Shown: piece after piece, positions 9,068 to 16,590 of the stretch
How the letters are laid out: each line of letters starts with the position of its first letter
Position numbering within the stretch: the stretch's first letter is position 1
Source of the DNA: a virus
Lineage: Duplodnaviria; Caudoviricetes
Reading direction: 5' to 3' (one strand)
Length of the DNA: 36,958 nucleotides
IMG/VR virus record: IMGVR_UViG_3300032248_000447
Span: 1-36,958 of that record
Notes under the pieces: generated by a model
What the model was told of the DNA's origin: nothing
Database searches by the model: none
What the model saw: only the letters and a program-made list of their open reading frames with translations
Made by a program: the position numbers and the translations under genes

Positions 9068-9460
9068 ATGTGGCTTTATAATGATCAAGAATTCACAGAA
9101 GATATGATTGGTGATAATGTTGGTTTTGTCTATGTTATTACTAATCATACTTCTGGTAAATCTTATGTAGGTAAGAAATTGTTCACTAAGTCTAAAACTT
9201 ATCAGAAAGACAAAAAGAAGAAACGTAAAAGAGTTGCATCAGATTGGATCACTTATACTGGATCTAATGAACAACTCAATGAAGACATCAAAGCAGGACA
9301 CAGTATAACTAAAACTATACTATATCTTTGCAAGTCTAAAGGATGGTGTTCTTATCATGAAACTAAAGAAATACTAGTGAGAGACTGTTTATTACTTGAT
9401 ACTTACTATAACTTTTGGGTATCAGCAAAGATTCGTAGGACTCATCTCAAATCCGCATAA
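9068..9460 (+). CDS. GIY-YIG family endonuclease (endonuclease II/DenA-like)
   Basis: GFVYVITN...YVGKK, W..YTGS, YHE and YYN motifs. Confidence 0.75.
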   Translation: MWLYNDQEFTEDMIGDNVGFVYVITNHTSGKSYVGKKLFTKSKTYQKDKKKKRKRVASDWITYTGSNEQLNEDIKAGHSITKTILYLCKSKGWCSYHETKEILVRDCLLLDTYYNFWVSAKIRRTHLKSA

Positions 9461-9509
9461 CTGCTATGCAAAAATAGTGATAGACAAGTGATCCAGAACC
9501 GTGTATTGT
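9455..9509 (+). promoter_or_regulatory. dyad-associated early promoter, copy 1
   Basis: GCATA-actgc-TATGC, AAAAATAG, then TAGACA-17-TATTGT. Confidence 0.7.
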
Positions 9510-9538
9510 GACATTCTTGAATCAAGACGGAGAGACAG

Positions 9539-9754
9539 ATGCTCACTAAGGATCAGGCTGTTGATAAGTTGATGCATTCTGATGTTGACAGCCTCCGAGA
9601 GACCTGCTATTATGCATATAAAGATCAACATGGAATCAAGGGTCATCATTTGTTGAACTGGACAATTGCTGAACTTGTTTCATGGTGGATCACATATTAT
9701 GAATGGAACGAAGCATGTCAGATGTGGGAATTTCGTGTCTTTGATTCCATTTGA
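9539..9754 (+). CDS. hypothetical early protein
   Basis: 71 aa, GGAG SD, directly downstream of promoter copy 1. Confidence 0.75.
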   Translation: MLTKDQAVDKLMHSDVDSLRETCYYAYKDQHGIKGHHLLNWTIAELVSWWITYYEWNEACQMWEFRVFDSI

Positions 9755-9764
9755 GGGATAAATC

Positions 9765-10148
9765 ATGCTAATCTATACACATCAGCGATCAAAGAAGAAA
9801 AAAAACACATCTAAGAAATTTCTTCAAGCACAAGAAGATCATAGAAAGTTCCTTGCTTCAAAAGGTGTAAAGCCAGTGATGCGAGGAACTAAATTGCGTG
9901 GTAGTTCATCTAACTGGTCTGATCTTTCAGTTCCAGTAAAGACATCTGCAACATCTGACACTATTCCAGGCTATGGTTTCAAGAAATCTGTAGATGACTA
10001 TAAGTGGAAAGCAGGATCAACAGAGAAACCTGAGGTTATTGCTGCTGCTGAGGAAAAGAAGAAACGAGTTGCCCCTGCTTATAATAAAGGTCCAGTTATG
10101 TATGTTACTGATGCAGCAGAATTAAATAGTCTCGGGAGAAAAGTATGA
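9765..10148 (+). CDS. basic hypothetical protein (APAYNKG motif)
   Basis: 127 aa, GAGG SD; C-terminal VAPAYNKGPVMYV recalled from T4-like phages. Confidence 0.75.
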   Translation: MLIYTHQRSKKKKNTSKKFLQAQEDHRKFLASKGVKPVMRGTKLRGSSSNWSDLSVPVKTSATSDTIPGYGFKKSVDDYKWKAGSTEKPEVIAAAEEKKKRVAPAYNKGPVMYVTDAAELNSLGRKV

Positions 10149-10387
10149 CACCATATATAATCTATAGTCGAGATAATTGTCCTTGGTGTGTAAAGGCCAA
10201 GGAACTTTTAGAAATGAAAGGTCTACCATACAATGAACTCAAACTTGGAATTGATTATGACAAAGAAGAACTCCGAGCTAAAATGGGAGGAATTGATCGA
10301 CTCACTGTTCCTCAAATCTTCCATGAGGGAAACTATGTGGGCAATTATGAAGGTCTTCGCAATTTGATCGAAAGCAATCAATTATGA
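10145..10387 (+). CDS. glutaredoxin
   Basis: CPWC active site, TVPQIF and YVGNY. Confidence 0.92.
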   Translation: MTPYIIYSRDNCPWCVKAKELLEMKGLPYNELKLGIDYDKEELRAKMGGIDRLTVPQIFHEGNYVGNYEGLRNLIESNQL

Positions 10388-10617
10388 GACTGAGAGATAA
10401 CCCTCTGCGTTGTCTCACTATTCTCTATCTTATTTTTAAACTCGTCTGGATTCTTATCTTTATTCAATTTGGTATGTTCATTTTATACTATCCAAAAGTA
10501 GAATTGAGCTTGACTTTTTATCTATCATGTGTTATAACTCATCTATGTGAAATGTATATTGTTCACATGTTGAAAAGTGCAAACTTCAAGGTTGAGGACT
10601 ATATCAATGAACTCTGA
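10384..10617 (+). CDS. small membrane protein
   Basis: Two hydrophobic segments; ATGA overlap with the glutaredoxin gene. Confidence 0.55.
   Translation: MRLRDNPLRCLTILYLIFKLVWILIFIQFGMFILYYPKVELSLTFYLSCVITHLCEMYIVHMLKSANFKVEDYINEL
10510..10538 (+). promoter_or_regulatory. internal sigma70-type promoter
   Basis: TTGACT-17-TATAAC. Confidence 0.45.
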
Positions 10618-10870
10618 TGGAGAATTCAATATGTCTCGTGACCAGCTAAAGACTAAACTCCGTGAAACAATTGCCACTGTTACATTTGCTAAGACTGATG
10701 GAACACTACGGCAAATGAAGTGCACTCTAAGTGAAAATCATCTACCAACATTTGAAGAAAATAAATCAACACGTAAAGAAAATCTAGATGTCCTTCCAGT
10801 GTGGGATATCGAAAAGGGTGAATGGCGGTCTTTCCGTATTGACTCGATTAAATCTGTATCATTTGCATAA
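10607..10870 (+). CDS. WYL_2/SH3-like beta-barrel protein (T4 a-gt.4-like)
   Basis: VTFAKTDGTLRQMKCTL...VWDIEKGEWRSFRIDSI. Start is 10607 or 10631; both have an SD. Confidence 0.75.
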   Translation: MNSDGEFNMSRDQLKTKLRETIATVTFAKTDGTLRQMKCTLSENHLPTFEENKSTRKENLDVLPVWDIEKGEWRSFRIDSIKSVSFA

Positions 10871-10881
10871 GGAGATAATGA

Positions 10882-10974
10882 ATGCCGCATCCCCATAAAA
10901 ATCGACCACGTACAGGCCGGCGTAAGATCGGATCTAAGAAACGTAAATCAATGACGAAAAATAGGAAGAAGTAA
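10882..10974 (+). CDS. 30-aa highly basic peptide
   Basis: MPHPHKNRPRTGRRKIGSKKRKSMTKNRKK; TAAGGAG SD; TAATG overlap with the next gene. Confidence 0.7.
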   Translation: MPHPHKNRPRTGRRKIGSKKRKSMTKNRKK

Positions 10975-11189
10975 TGTCACATGTCTATGTTGTTTCAGTT
11001 GGCTATGATTATGAAGGATCAGAAGTAGATAGTATCTGGACTTCTCAAGAAAGAGCCAAAAAACGACGTGATATTCTAACCGAACAAAAATACGGTGATT
11101 TTATTAATGTCCGAGTTATTCCTGTAGATAATCTAATTCTTCTACAGGACAACTCACATATGGTATGGTATCATGAAAAAATTGAATGA
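10974..11189 (+). CDS. hypothetical protein
   Basis: 71 aa, translationally coupled to the upstream peptide. Confidence 0.7.
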   Translation: MSHVYVVSVGYDYEGSEVDSIWTSQERAKKRRDILTEQKYGDFINVRVIPVDNLILLQDNSHMVWYHEKIE

Positions 11190-11199
11190 AGGAGAAGTA

Positions 11200-11514
11200 A
11201 TGTCAGCAGATAATGGCACATATATTCTACAAACAACAGGATCAGATGGACCAGAATTCCGTATCGTTCATTGTCAAGCAATCGATAACATCTATGGACA
11301 ATATATAGAAAGTACCGGACGATATCTACCTAATTCAGAAATGATTGTAGAATACTTTGGTGAATCGGTTGTATATACTGATCTAGAGACTGCATGGGAC
11401 GAGGCTTTTAGAATTGAAGAACAAAAAGACTGGTCCGAAGACGGTGCATGTCTCATTCCAGACTTCACAGATTACAACTTTGAAGATTTTGTCGAGCAGT
11501 CCAAGCATACCTGA
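11200..11514 (+). CDS. acidic hypothetical protein
   Basis: MSADNGTYILQT...; AAGGAG SD supports 11200 rather than 11173 as the start. Confidence 0.75.
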   Translation: MSADNGTYILQTTGSDGPEFRIVHCQAIDNIYGQYIESTGRYLPNSEMIVEYFGESVVYTDLETAWDEAFRIEEQKDWSEDGACLIPDFTDYNFEDFVEQSKHT

Positions 11515-11569
11515 TATGCATAAAAGCATAGTTATGTGTGTTGACATGGACTTCGGTTTGGTATAGTAT
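11505..11569 (+). promoter_or_regulatory. dyad-associated early promoter, copy 2
   Basis: GCATA-cctga-TATGC (11505-19), second half-site GCATA at 11526, TTGACA (11541)-17-TAGTAT. Confidence 0.7.
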
Positions 11570-11596
11570 GTTACAGAAATCAAGTGAGAGACACAC

Positions 11597-12682
11597 ATGG
11601 CTAGAATGACACTGATCGATGAAAGGTATATGGGTGATGAGCCGACTATATCTAGCAAATCTAGTAATAGTGATCTTATTCGTGCTTATAATTGGTACAA
11701 TTATTTCTATGATGTAGATGCTGCCAAAGCTTTTGTCGTTGCATATCTAAAAGACAAAAAGGTAAATAAGAAAGTCCTTGCTCAAATCAATCTTGTTGAG
11801 CCAGTCAAACTTATGAATATTGGCTGGAATTGCCGTATCATTATGAATGGTGGCACTCTACCCGATACTATTAAAGAACAATTTGTTAACAGGCTTCAAA
11901 GTCTTATTGATAGTGCTAAACCAAAAGTTAGTGCTGTTGAGACTGTGAAGCCTGTTCTTTCTGTTCAAGAAAAGATTAATAACAAGATTGAACAACTTAT
12001 TGCCGATCTAGAGGATCAAATTGATATCTTTATTCTTAATGGTAAAAATGACTTTGATGTTCCATCTTGGTTCAGAAATAATGCTATCAAAACACCTATT
12101 GCCAAAAAGATTGTAGATTATTATAAGCCTCTGTATGATGAGGTATATGATGCCGTAGAAGATCGGAATGAAAATGCTGTTCAGTATTATAAGAAATGGA
12201 AGAAAGTTAAACTAAAGAAGTACTTAGAATTTATCAAAAGTATCATTAGTGCCGCTTCTGTAAATATGGAAGCAAATAAGATTACTCGGAAACCACGCAA
12301 GAAAAAAGAGAAGCCTGCATCTGCTCTGGTATCTAAACTCAAATACAAGAGTGAAGATACAGAATTCAATATCAAGAGTGTTGAGCCAAAGAGTATCGTT
12401 GGAACTCAACAGGTGTGGGTATTCAATACAAAATATAGGACTCTATCTGTATTGAATGCAATGAGTGCAACTGGTCTATCTGTCAAAGGAACGACTATTG
12501 TTGGCTTTGATGATAAGTCTTCGGTGGTCAAGAAACTCAGGAAGCCAGAAGATGTTTTGCCTTTCATATTGAATGGAGGTAAGGCTGCTATCAAGAAAAC
12601 TATGGAAAATATTAAGTGCAAAGCAAAGTCTGCTAATGGTCGTCTAAATAGTGATACAATTATTCTAAGGACGATTAAATGA
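11597..12682 (+). CDS. conserved T4-like hypothetical protein
   Basis: 361 aa; AYNWYNY and VWVFNTKYR...SVKGTTI.GFD...KLRKPE motifs; lies upstream of rnh. Confidence 0.8.
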   Translation: MARMTLIDERYMGDEPTISSKSSNSDLIRAYNWYNYFYDVDAAKAFVVAYLKDKKVNKKVLAQINLVEPVKLMNIGWNCRIIMNGGTLPDTIKEQFVNRLQSLIDSAKPKVSAVETVKPVLSVQEKINNKIEQLIADLEDQIDIFILNGKNDFDVPSWFRNNAIKTPIAKKIVDYYKPLYDEVYDAVEDRNENAVQYYKKWKKVKLKKYLEFIKSIISAASVNMEANKITRKPRKKKEKPASALVSKLKYKSEDTEFNIKSVEPKSIVGTQQVWVFNTKYRTLSVLNAMSATGLSVKGTTIVGFDDKSSVVKKLRKPEDVLPFILNGGKAAIKKTMENIKCKAKSANGRLNSDTIILRTIK

Positions 12683-13017
12683 CAGAAGATGCAAATATTC
12701 TGCAGTTCCCTAAAAATAAAATATATCGTGAACGAGTGCCCGATATAGAAGAAGTAAACAAACTAAAGGAAAAGGGACTGCAGAATTTTGCTGATACTAT
12801 TATAAATGATCTTAGTGATAACATATTGCATGATCTGAATAGTTATGGAATAGATATTGAGAATGATGTCTTTATAAAAGATTTTTATTTTACTACAATG
12901 ATATTAAGTGCCACAATATATAGAAGTTTGAAAGTGGAACATCCTATGCATAGTTATATCGATACTCATGTCCAAGTGATCGAAAAGAGTGAAGAAGATA
13001 TGCTTGACAACACCTAA
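12679..13017 (+). CDS. hypothetical protein
   Basis: 112 aa, NILQFPK start, coupled to the upstream gene. Confidence 0.75.
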   Translation: MTEDANILQFPKNKIYRERVPDIEEVNKLKEKGLQNFADTIINDLSDNILHDLNSYGIDIENDVFIKDFYFTTMILSATIYRSLKVEHPMHSYIDTHVQVIEKSEEDMLDNT

Positions 13018-13032
13018 CAATCGCTATATACT
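13004..13032 (+). promoter_or_regulatory. sigma70-type promoter for rnh
   Basis: TTGACA-17-TATACT, with the same GCTATATACT context as the 4181 promoter. Confidence 0.75.
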
Positions 13033-13059
13033 AGTGTTATCTAATGGATAGGATGTGTA

Positions 13060-13914
13060 ATGATACTTATTGATCTCAATCAAGTTTTAATTTCCAACTT
13101 GATGCAACAAATCAACAGTGATCCTAAAATGAAGATCGAGGAAGGAATAGTAAGGCATACAGTTCTTAATAGTCTTCGATCTTATATCAAGCAATTCAAA
13201 TCTAAATTTGGTGATGTTGTTATCTGCTGTGATAACAAGAAGTATTGGCGCCGTGATGTATTTCCTTTCTATAAAATCCATCGAAAGCGGGATCGTGAGA
13301 AGTCGGATCTTGACTGGAATTTAATTTTCGAATGTCTTAATAAGATCCGTGATGAACTAAAATCACATTTTCCACATCGTGTTCTCGAGGTCGAGGGTGC
13401 TGAGGCTGATGATATCATTGCTGTTCTGACTGGTCGATTTTCAGCACATGAGGACATTCTAATTCTATCTTCTGATAAAGACTTCGTTCAATTACAGAAG
13501 TTTGAAAATGTCCAGCAATATAGTCCAATACTCAAACGATTCATCAAGACAGATAATCCTTCTATGTTTATTAAAGAGCATATCATCAAGGGTGATCGTG
13601 GTGATGGTATTCCAAATTTTCTATCGGCAGACAATGTATTTGTTGCTGGTGAACGTCAAAAAAGCATAAATAAGAATAAGTTAACAGAGTGGATCAAAAC
13701 AGATCCAGAAACTTTTTGTACCACTGATGTTATGCGAAGGGGATATAAACGAAATCAAATGCTGGTTGATCTTGATTATATTCCTGAAGACCTAAAGAAA
13801 AAAATAGTTAATGCATATGATAATACAAAGCCAGCAACTAAAATGAATATGCTAAACTATCTAATCGATAAACGACTAAAAAATCTAATTGAAGTAGCGG
13901 ATGAATTCAAATGA
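13060..13914 (+). CDS. rnh: T4-type RNase H (5'-3' exonuclease, FEN family)
   Basis: MILID, YWRR, YK..R, EADDII, SSDKDF.QL and GDRGDGIPN motifs. Confidence 0.93.
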   Translation: MILIDLNQVLISNLMQQINSDPKMKIEEGIVRHTVLNSLRSYIKQFKSKFGDVVICCDNKKYWRRDVFPFYKIHRKRDREKSDLDWNLIFECLNKIRDELKSHFPHRVLEVEGAEADDIIAVLTGRFSAHEDILILSSDKDFVQLQKFENVQQYSPILKRFIKTDNPSMFIKEHIIKGDRGDGIPNFLSADNVFVAGERQKSINKNKLTEWIKTDPETFCTTDVMRRGYKRNQMLVDLDYIPEDLKKKIVNAYDNTKPATKMNMLNYLIDKRLKNLIEVADEFK

Positions 13915-14336
13915 TGAAAAATATATATGAGATTCTTGAAGAGATTGAGAAAGCAAAGTCAAAAGAAGATAGAATTGCTATTCTTAGATATAACTCTTCT
14001 TGGGCTTTACAAAACGTACTAAAAGGAACTTATGATAGTTCTATTCAATTCTCAGTAGATAAAATTCCAACATATAAACCTTCAGATGCTCCACCCGGTT
14101 TAGGATATAGTTCAATCCATCAAGAGTTAGGTAGAGCATATCTCTTTGAGAAAAACAATCCTAAAGTCAATCCTAATCTAACCGAAAAGAGAAAAGAACA
14201 GATCCTTATTCAGATGCTCGAATGTCTCGAAGCAAAAGAAGCACAAGTTCTTTGTAATATGCTTTTGAAAAAGCCACTATGCAAAGGCCTGAATTACAAT
14301 GTGGTCAAGGAAGCATTCCCTGATCTTATCACATAA
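13911..14336 (+). CDS. conserved T4-like hypothetical protein
   Basis: IYEIL...KREQI.IQMLE.L...EA..L...VVKEAFP pattern, a typical rnh neighbour. Confidence 0.8.
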   Translation: MMKNIYEILEEIEKAKSKEDRIAILRYNSSWALQNVLKGTYDSSIQFSVDKIPTYKPSDAPPGLGYSSIHQELGRAYLFEKNNPKVNPNLTEKRKEQILIQMLECLEAKEAQVLCNMLLKKPLCKGLNYNVVKEAFPDLIT

Positions 14337-14362
14337 TCTAAAAGGAAAATAAAAGGTTAACT

Positions 14363-14533
14363 ATGTCAAAGAAGTATGCAAAAGTAGAATATGATCTATA
14401 TGATGATGAAGACGATTACAGGAAACCAAAAAAGAAAGATTCTCCTCGCCGTCGTCCAGTCCGTAATTGGAAAAAAACATGGGTGGATAATGCAGATAGA
14501 TCCGATGAAGTAGACGACTTCTACACTAAGTAG
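14363..14533 (+). CDS. small charged hypothetical protein (56 aa)
   Basis: MSKKYAKVEYDLYDDEDDYRKPKKK...DDFYTK; AAGG SD; fills the gap. Not in the ORF track. Confidence 0.7.
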   Translation: MSKKYAKVEYDLYDDEDDYRKPKKKDSPRRRPVRNWKKTWVDNADRSDEVDDFYTK

Positions 14534-14545
14534 TTTTACTATACC

Positions 14546-14611
14546 TATGCATAAGTGACATAGCAGGTATGCAAAAATAGGTGTTGCATCTGGTATGGAA
14601 CCCTGTATAGT
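14546..14611 (+). promoter_or_regulatory. dyad-associated early promoter, copy 3
   Basis: TATGC at 14546; ACATA-gcagg-TATGC (14558-72); AAAAATAG; TTGCAT (14584); TATAGT (14606). Confidence 0.7.
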
Positions 14612-14617
14612 GTACCT

Positions 14618-14938
14618 ATGATCAAGAGACGAAAGAAACGGTCAGACAGAAATCACATCGTATATAGGTTGCAAGTGCAATCTTTGATCTATATCGGTGT
14701 GACCTATGTTGAGAAGGCCAATGCTAAGAAGAGTTTGGCTAGACGTTGGAGAAAACACGTCCAACGAGCATTGGCAGAAAGCCACAACTGGAAACTGTGT
14801 CAGGCTATTCGGAAGCATGGTGCAGATGCCTTTGTGATCGAAGTCATCGAAGTGGTACGTGGTAAAGTTGCAGCACATACTCTGGAACGAGAGTTGATTC
14901 GGCAACTTAAACCCAAACTGAACACTGATGTGAGGTAA
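14618..14938 (+). CDS. small GIY-YIG nuclease-like protein, probably leaderless
   Basis: HIVY...IYIGVT, RRW..H, AIRKHG..AF, AH.LE.ELI and LN motifs. Confidence 0.75.
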   Translation: MIKRRKKRSDRNHIVYRLQVQSLIYIGVTYVEKANAKKSLARRWRKHVQRALAESHNWKLCQAIRKHGADAFVIEVIEVVRGKVAAHTLERELIRQLKPKLNTDVR

Positions 14939-14941
14939 ACT

Positions 14942-15121
14942 ATGCGGAAGGTAATGATCGAAGAACTGAACGGTGTTTTTGTTGTGTCGTGCTTTGAGAA
15001 TGGTACCTTTATGTTTGAGAAGGAATTTGAGACTGAGAAGCATGTTGAGTATTTTGTGATTGGCTATACCGCAAGTAACTGGAAACAAACGACTTGTAGG
15101 TCAAGCCTTTCAATACATTAG
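14942..15121 (+). CDS. hypothetical protein (59 aa)
   Basis: MRKVMIEELNGVFVVSCFENG...; GAGGT SD. Not in the ORF track. Confidence 0.6.
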   Translation: MRKVMIEELNGVFVVSCFENGTFMFEKEFETEKHVEYFVIGYTASNWKQTTCRSSLSIH

Positions 15122-15133
15122 CCCTACTAGTAA

Positions 15134-15161
15134 CCCCTTGAAAAACAAGGGGATTTTTTTT
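15134..15161 (+). terminator. rho-independent terminator
   Basis: CCCCTTG-aaaaa-CAAGGGG followed by A and T8. Confidence 0.75.
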
Positions 15162-15246
15162 ATCTAAATCAATGACTTATCCAGAACCATGTCCTCCACG
15201 CAAACAGCCAGTCCGGACGGGTCATAGCACGGGTCTTTGCGGCAGC

Positions 15247-15312
15247 TATGCATTCCTACATGTCTGCTATGCAAAAATAGATGTTGCATCTCGTCCATAC
15301 CTAGTGTAATCT
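15247..15312 (+). promoter_or_regulatory. dyad-associated early promoter, copy 4
   Basis: TATGC at 15247; ACATG-tctgc-TATGC (15258-72); AAAAATAG; TTGCAT-17-TAATCT. Confidence 0.7.
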
Positions 15313-15801
15313 GTTCCTACGATAGAGACAACAGAGAGAACAAATATGGCTTACATGAACCAAGATCGTAAGGCTATGCTGGTTACTGCCGCTAAGAAGG
15401 TTCTAAAAAAGTATGGTGTAAAGGCAACATTCTCAACTGATCGTAGTTCAATTTATTGTAATATCAAGTCTGGTCCGATTGATTTTATCAGCAACTATAA
15501 TGAGACTATCAATCAAAGTCCTTATTATCAGACAATGATGCGTGGTCAGGATGTGAAAAATTATATGCAAGTCAATCCTTATCACTATCAGAACCACTTT
15601 AGTGGGAATGCTAAGAAGTTTATGCACGAATTGCATCTTGCACTCAATTCTGGTAACCATGACAATTCGGACATCCAGACTGATTACTTTGATGTTGGTT
15701 GGTATGTCCATGTGAACGTTGGTAAGTGGAACAAGCCCTATGAGGTAAATGCATAGCAGATATGCAAAAATAGATGTTGCATCTCGTCCATACCTAGTGT
15801 A
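15268..15801 (+). repeat. exact 41-bp direct repeat (15268-15308 and 15761-15801)
   Basis: TATGCAAAAATAGATGTTGCATCTCGTCCATACCTAGTGTA occurs twice, bracketing one gene. Confidence 0.95.
15346..15756 (+). CDS. conserved phage hypothetical early protein
   Basis: 136 aa; C-terminal DNSDIQTDYFDVGWYV...GKWNKPY motif. Confidence 0.8.
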   Translation: MAYMNQDRKAMLVTAAKKVLKKYGVKATFSTDRSSIYCNIKSGPIDFISNYNETINQSPYYQTMMRGQDVKNYMQVNPYHYQNHFSGNAKKFMHELHLALNSGNHDNSDIQTDYFDVGWYVHVNVGKWNKPYEVNA

Positions 15802-15805
15802 TGAT
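15751..15805 (+). promoter_or_regulatory. dyad-associated early promoter, copy 5
   Basis: GCATA-gcaga-TATGC, AAAAATAG, TTGCAT-17-TATGAT. Confidence 0.75.
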
Positions 15806-15832
15806 CTTTCCATGATGAACGAACAGAGGAAT

Positions 15833-16360
15833 ATGACTATGACTAAGACTACCGTCCTTGACACCGTGCTGGCTCTTTTCAAGTCCGAGACTAAGCTTAC
15901 TCCAAAGCAGATCAATGATGCTGTTGGTCGTGGTAACTATGCAGCCAAGCATGTCCTGTATCTGAAACTTTCTGGTCACGATATTGAGACCGAGAAGCAG
16001 GGTCGATCTGTAGTTTCTTACACTTACAAGGGTCTTGATCCTAACTTTGATGCATCCGTAAAGCCTGTGGATCGGCGTGCTAAGACTATGCTTGCTACTA
16101 AGGTTGTTCCCAAGTCTGTTGTTGCTAAGGCTGCAGAAGTGCCTGTACCTGCAACCAAGCCAGTTAAGGCCAAGACTGAAAAGAAGGCCAAGAAGGTTGT
16201 TGAGATTGCTGATGTGCCCGTGATGGATCGTGCTGTCAAGTCTAGGAAGAAGATGGACGAAGTTGAAGAGCCTTTTGGTAGCAGTGGTTCTGTAGGATCT
16301 TATAGTGTTGATCCAGATTGGGACTCTGTTAATTCCACAGATATTCGTCATCTTCTTTGA
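15833..16360 (+). CDS. putative winged-helix DNA-binding protein with Lys/Ala/Val-rich tail
   Basis: LTPKQINDAVG...AKHVLYLKLSGHDIETEKQGRSVVSY resembles a wHTH; GAGGA SD supports the start at 15833. Confidence 0.6.
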   Translation: MTMTKTTVLDTVLALFKSETKLTPKQINDAVGRGNYAAKHVLYLKLSGHDIETEKQGRSVVSYTYKGLDPNFDASVKPVDRRAKTMLATKVVPKSVVAKAAEVPVPATKPVKAKTEKKAKKVVEIADVPVMDRAVKSRKKMDEVEEPFGSSGSVGSYSVDPDWDSVNSTDIRHLL

Positions 16361-16590
16361 TGTCTCCCTGTGTGAAGATTTGTAAATTGGCACCCGATAC
16401 AGGTTTCTGTGTTGGGTGCTTTCGTACAATTGATGAGATCCGACTGTGGAAAAGCTTGACAGATATACAAAGGCAGAATATAATGTATGTTCTGGAGAAA
16501 CGTCGTGCCGAGAAAGCCAAGAAAGATGCAGAGTGCCTTGATTCTATTCAAGAAAGATACTCCGTTCAAACCAAAGACAGTGAAATCTAA
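16357..16590 (+). CDS. DUF1289/YdhL-like Cys4 protein
   Basis: SPCVKICKL...CVGCFRTIDEI..W motif. Confidence 0.85.
   Translation: MMSPCVKICKLAPDTGFCVGCFRTIDEIRLWKSLTDIQRQNIMYVLEKRRAEKAKKDAECLDSIQERYSVQTKDSEI

Noticed and set aside
9455-15801. CRISPR array from the recurring TATGCAAAAATAG motif
   Set aside because: Copies are hundreds to thousands of bases apart, separated by genes and tied to -35/-10 boxes; there is no regular spacer structure.
15749-15832. N-terminal extension of track ORF 15749..16360
   Set aside because: It runs through promoter copy 5; the SD supports a start at 15833.
15448-16569. Long minus-strand ORFs (15448..15915, 15794..16429, 16348..16569), and likewise 14642..15088, 23561..23938 and 25891..26325
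   Set aside because: Antisense shadows of well-supported plus-strand genes, with no SD or recognisable motifs.
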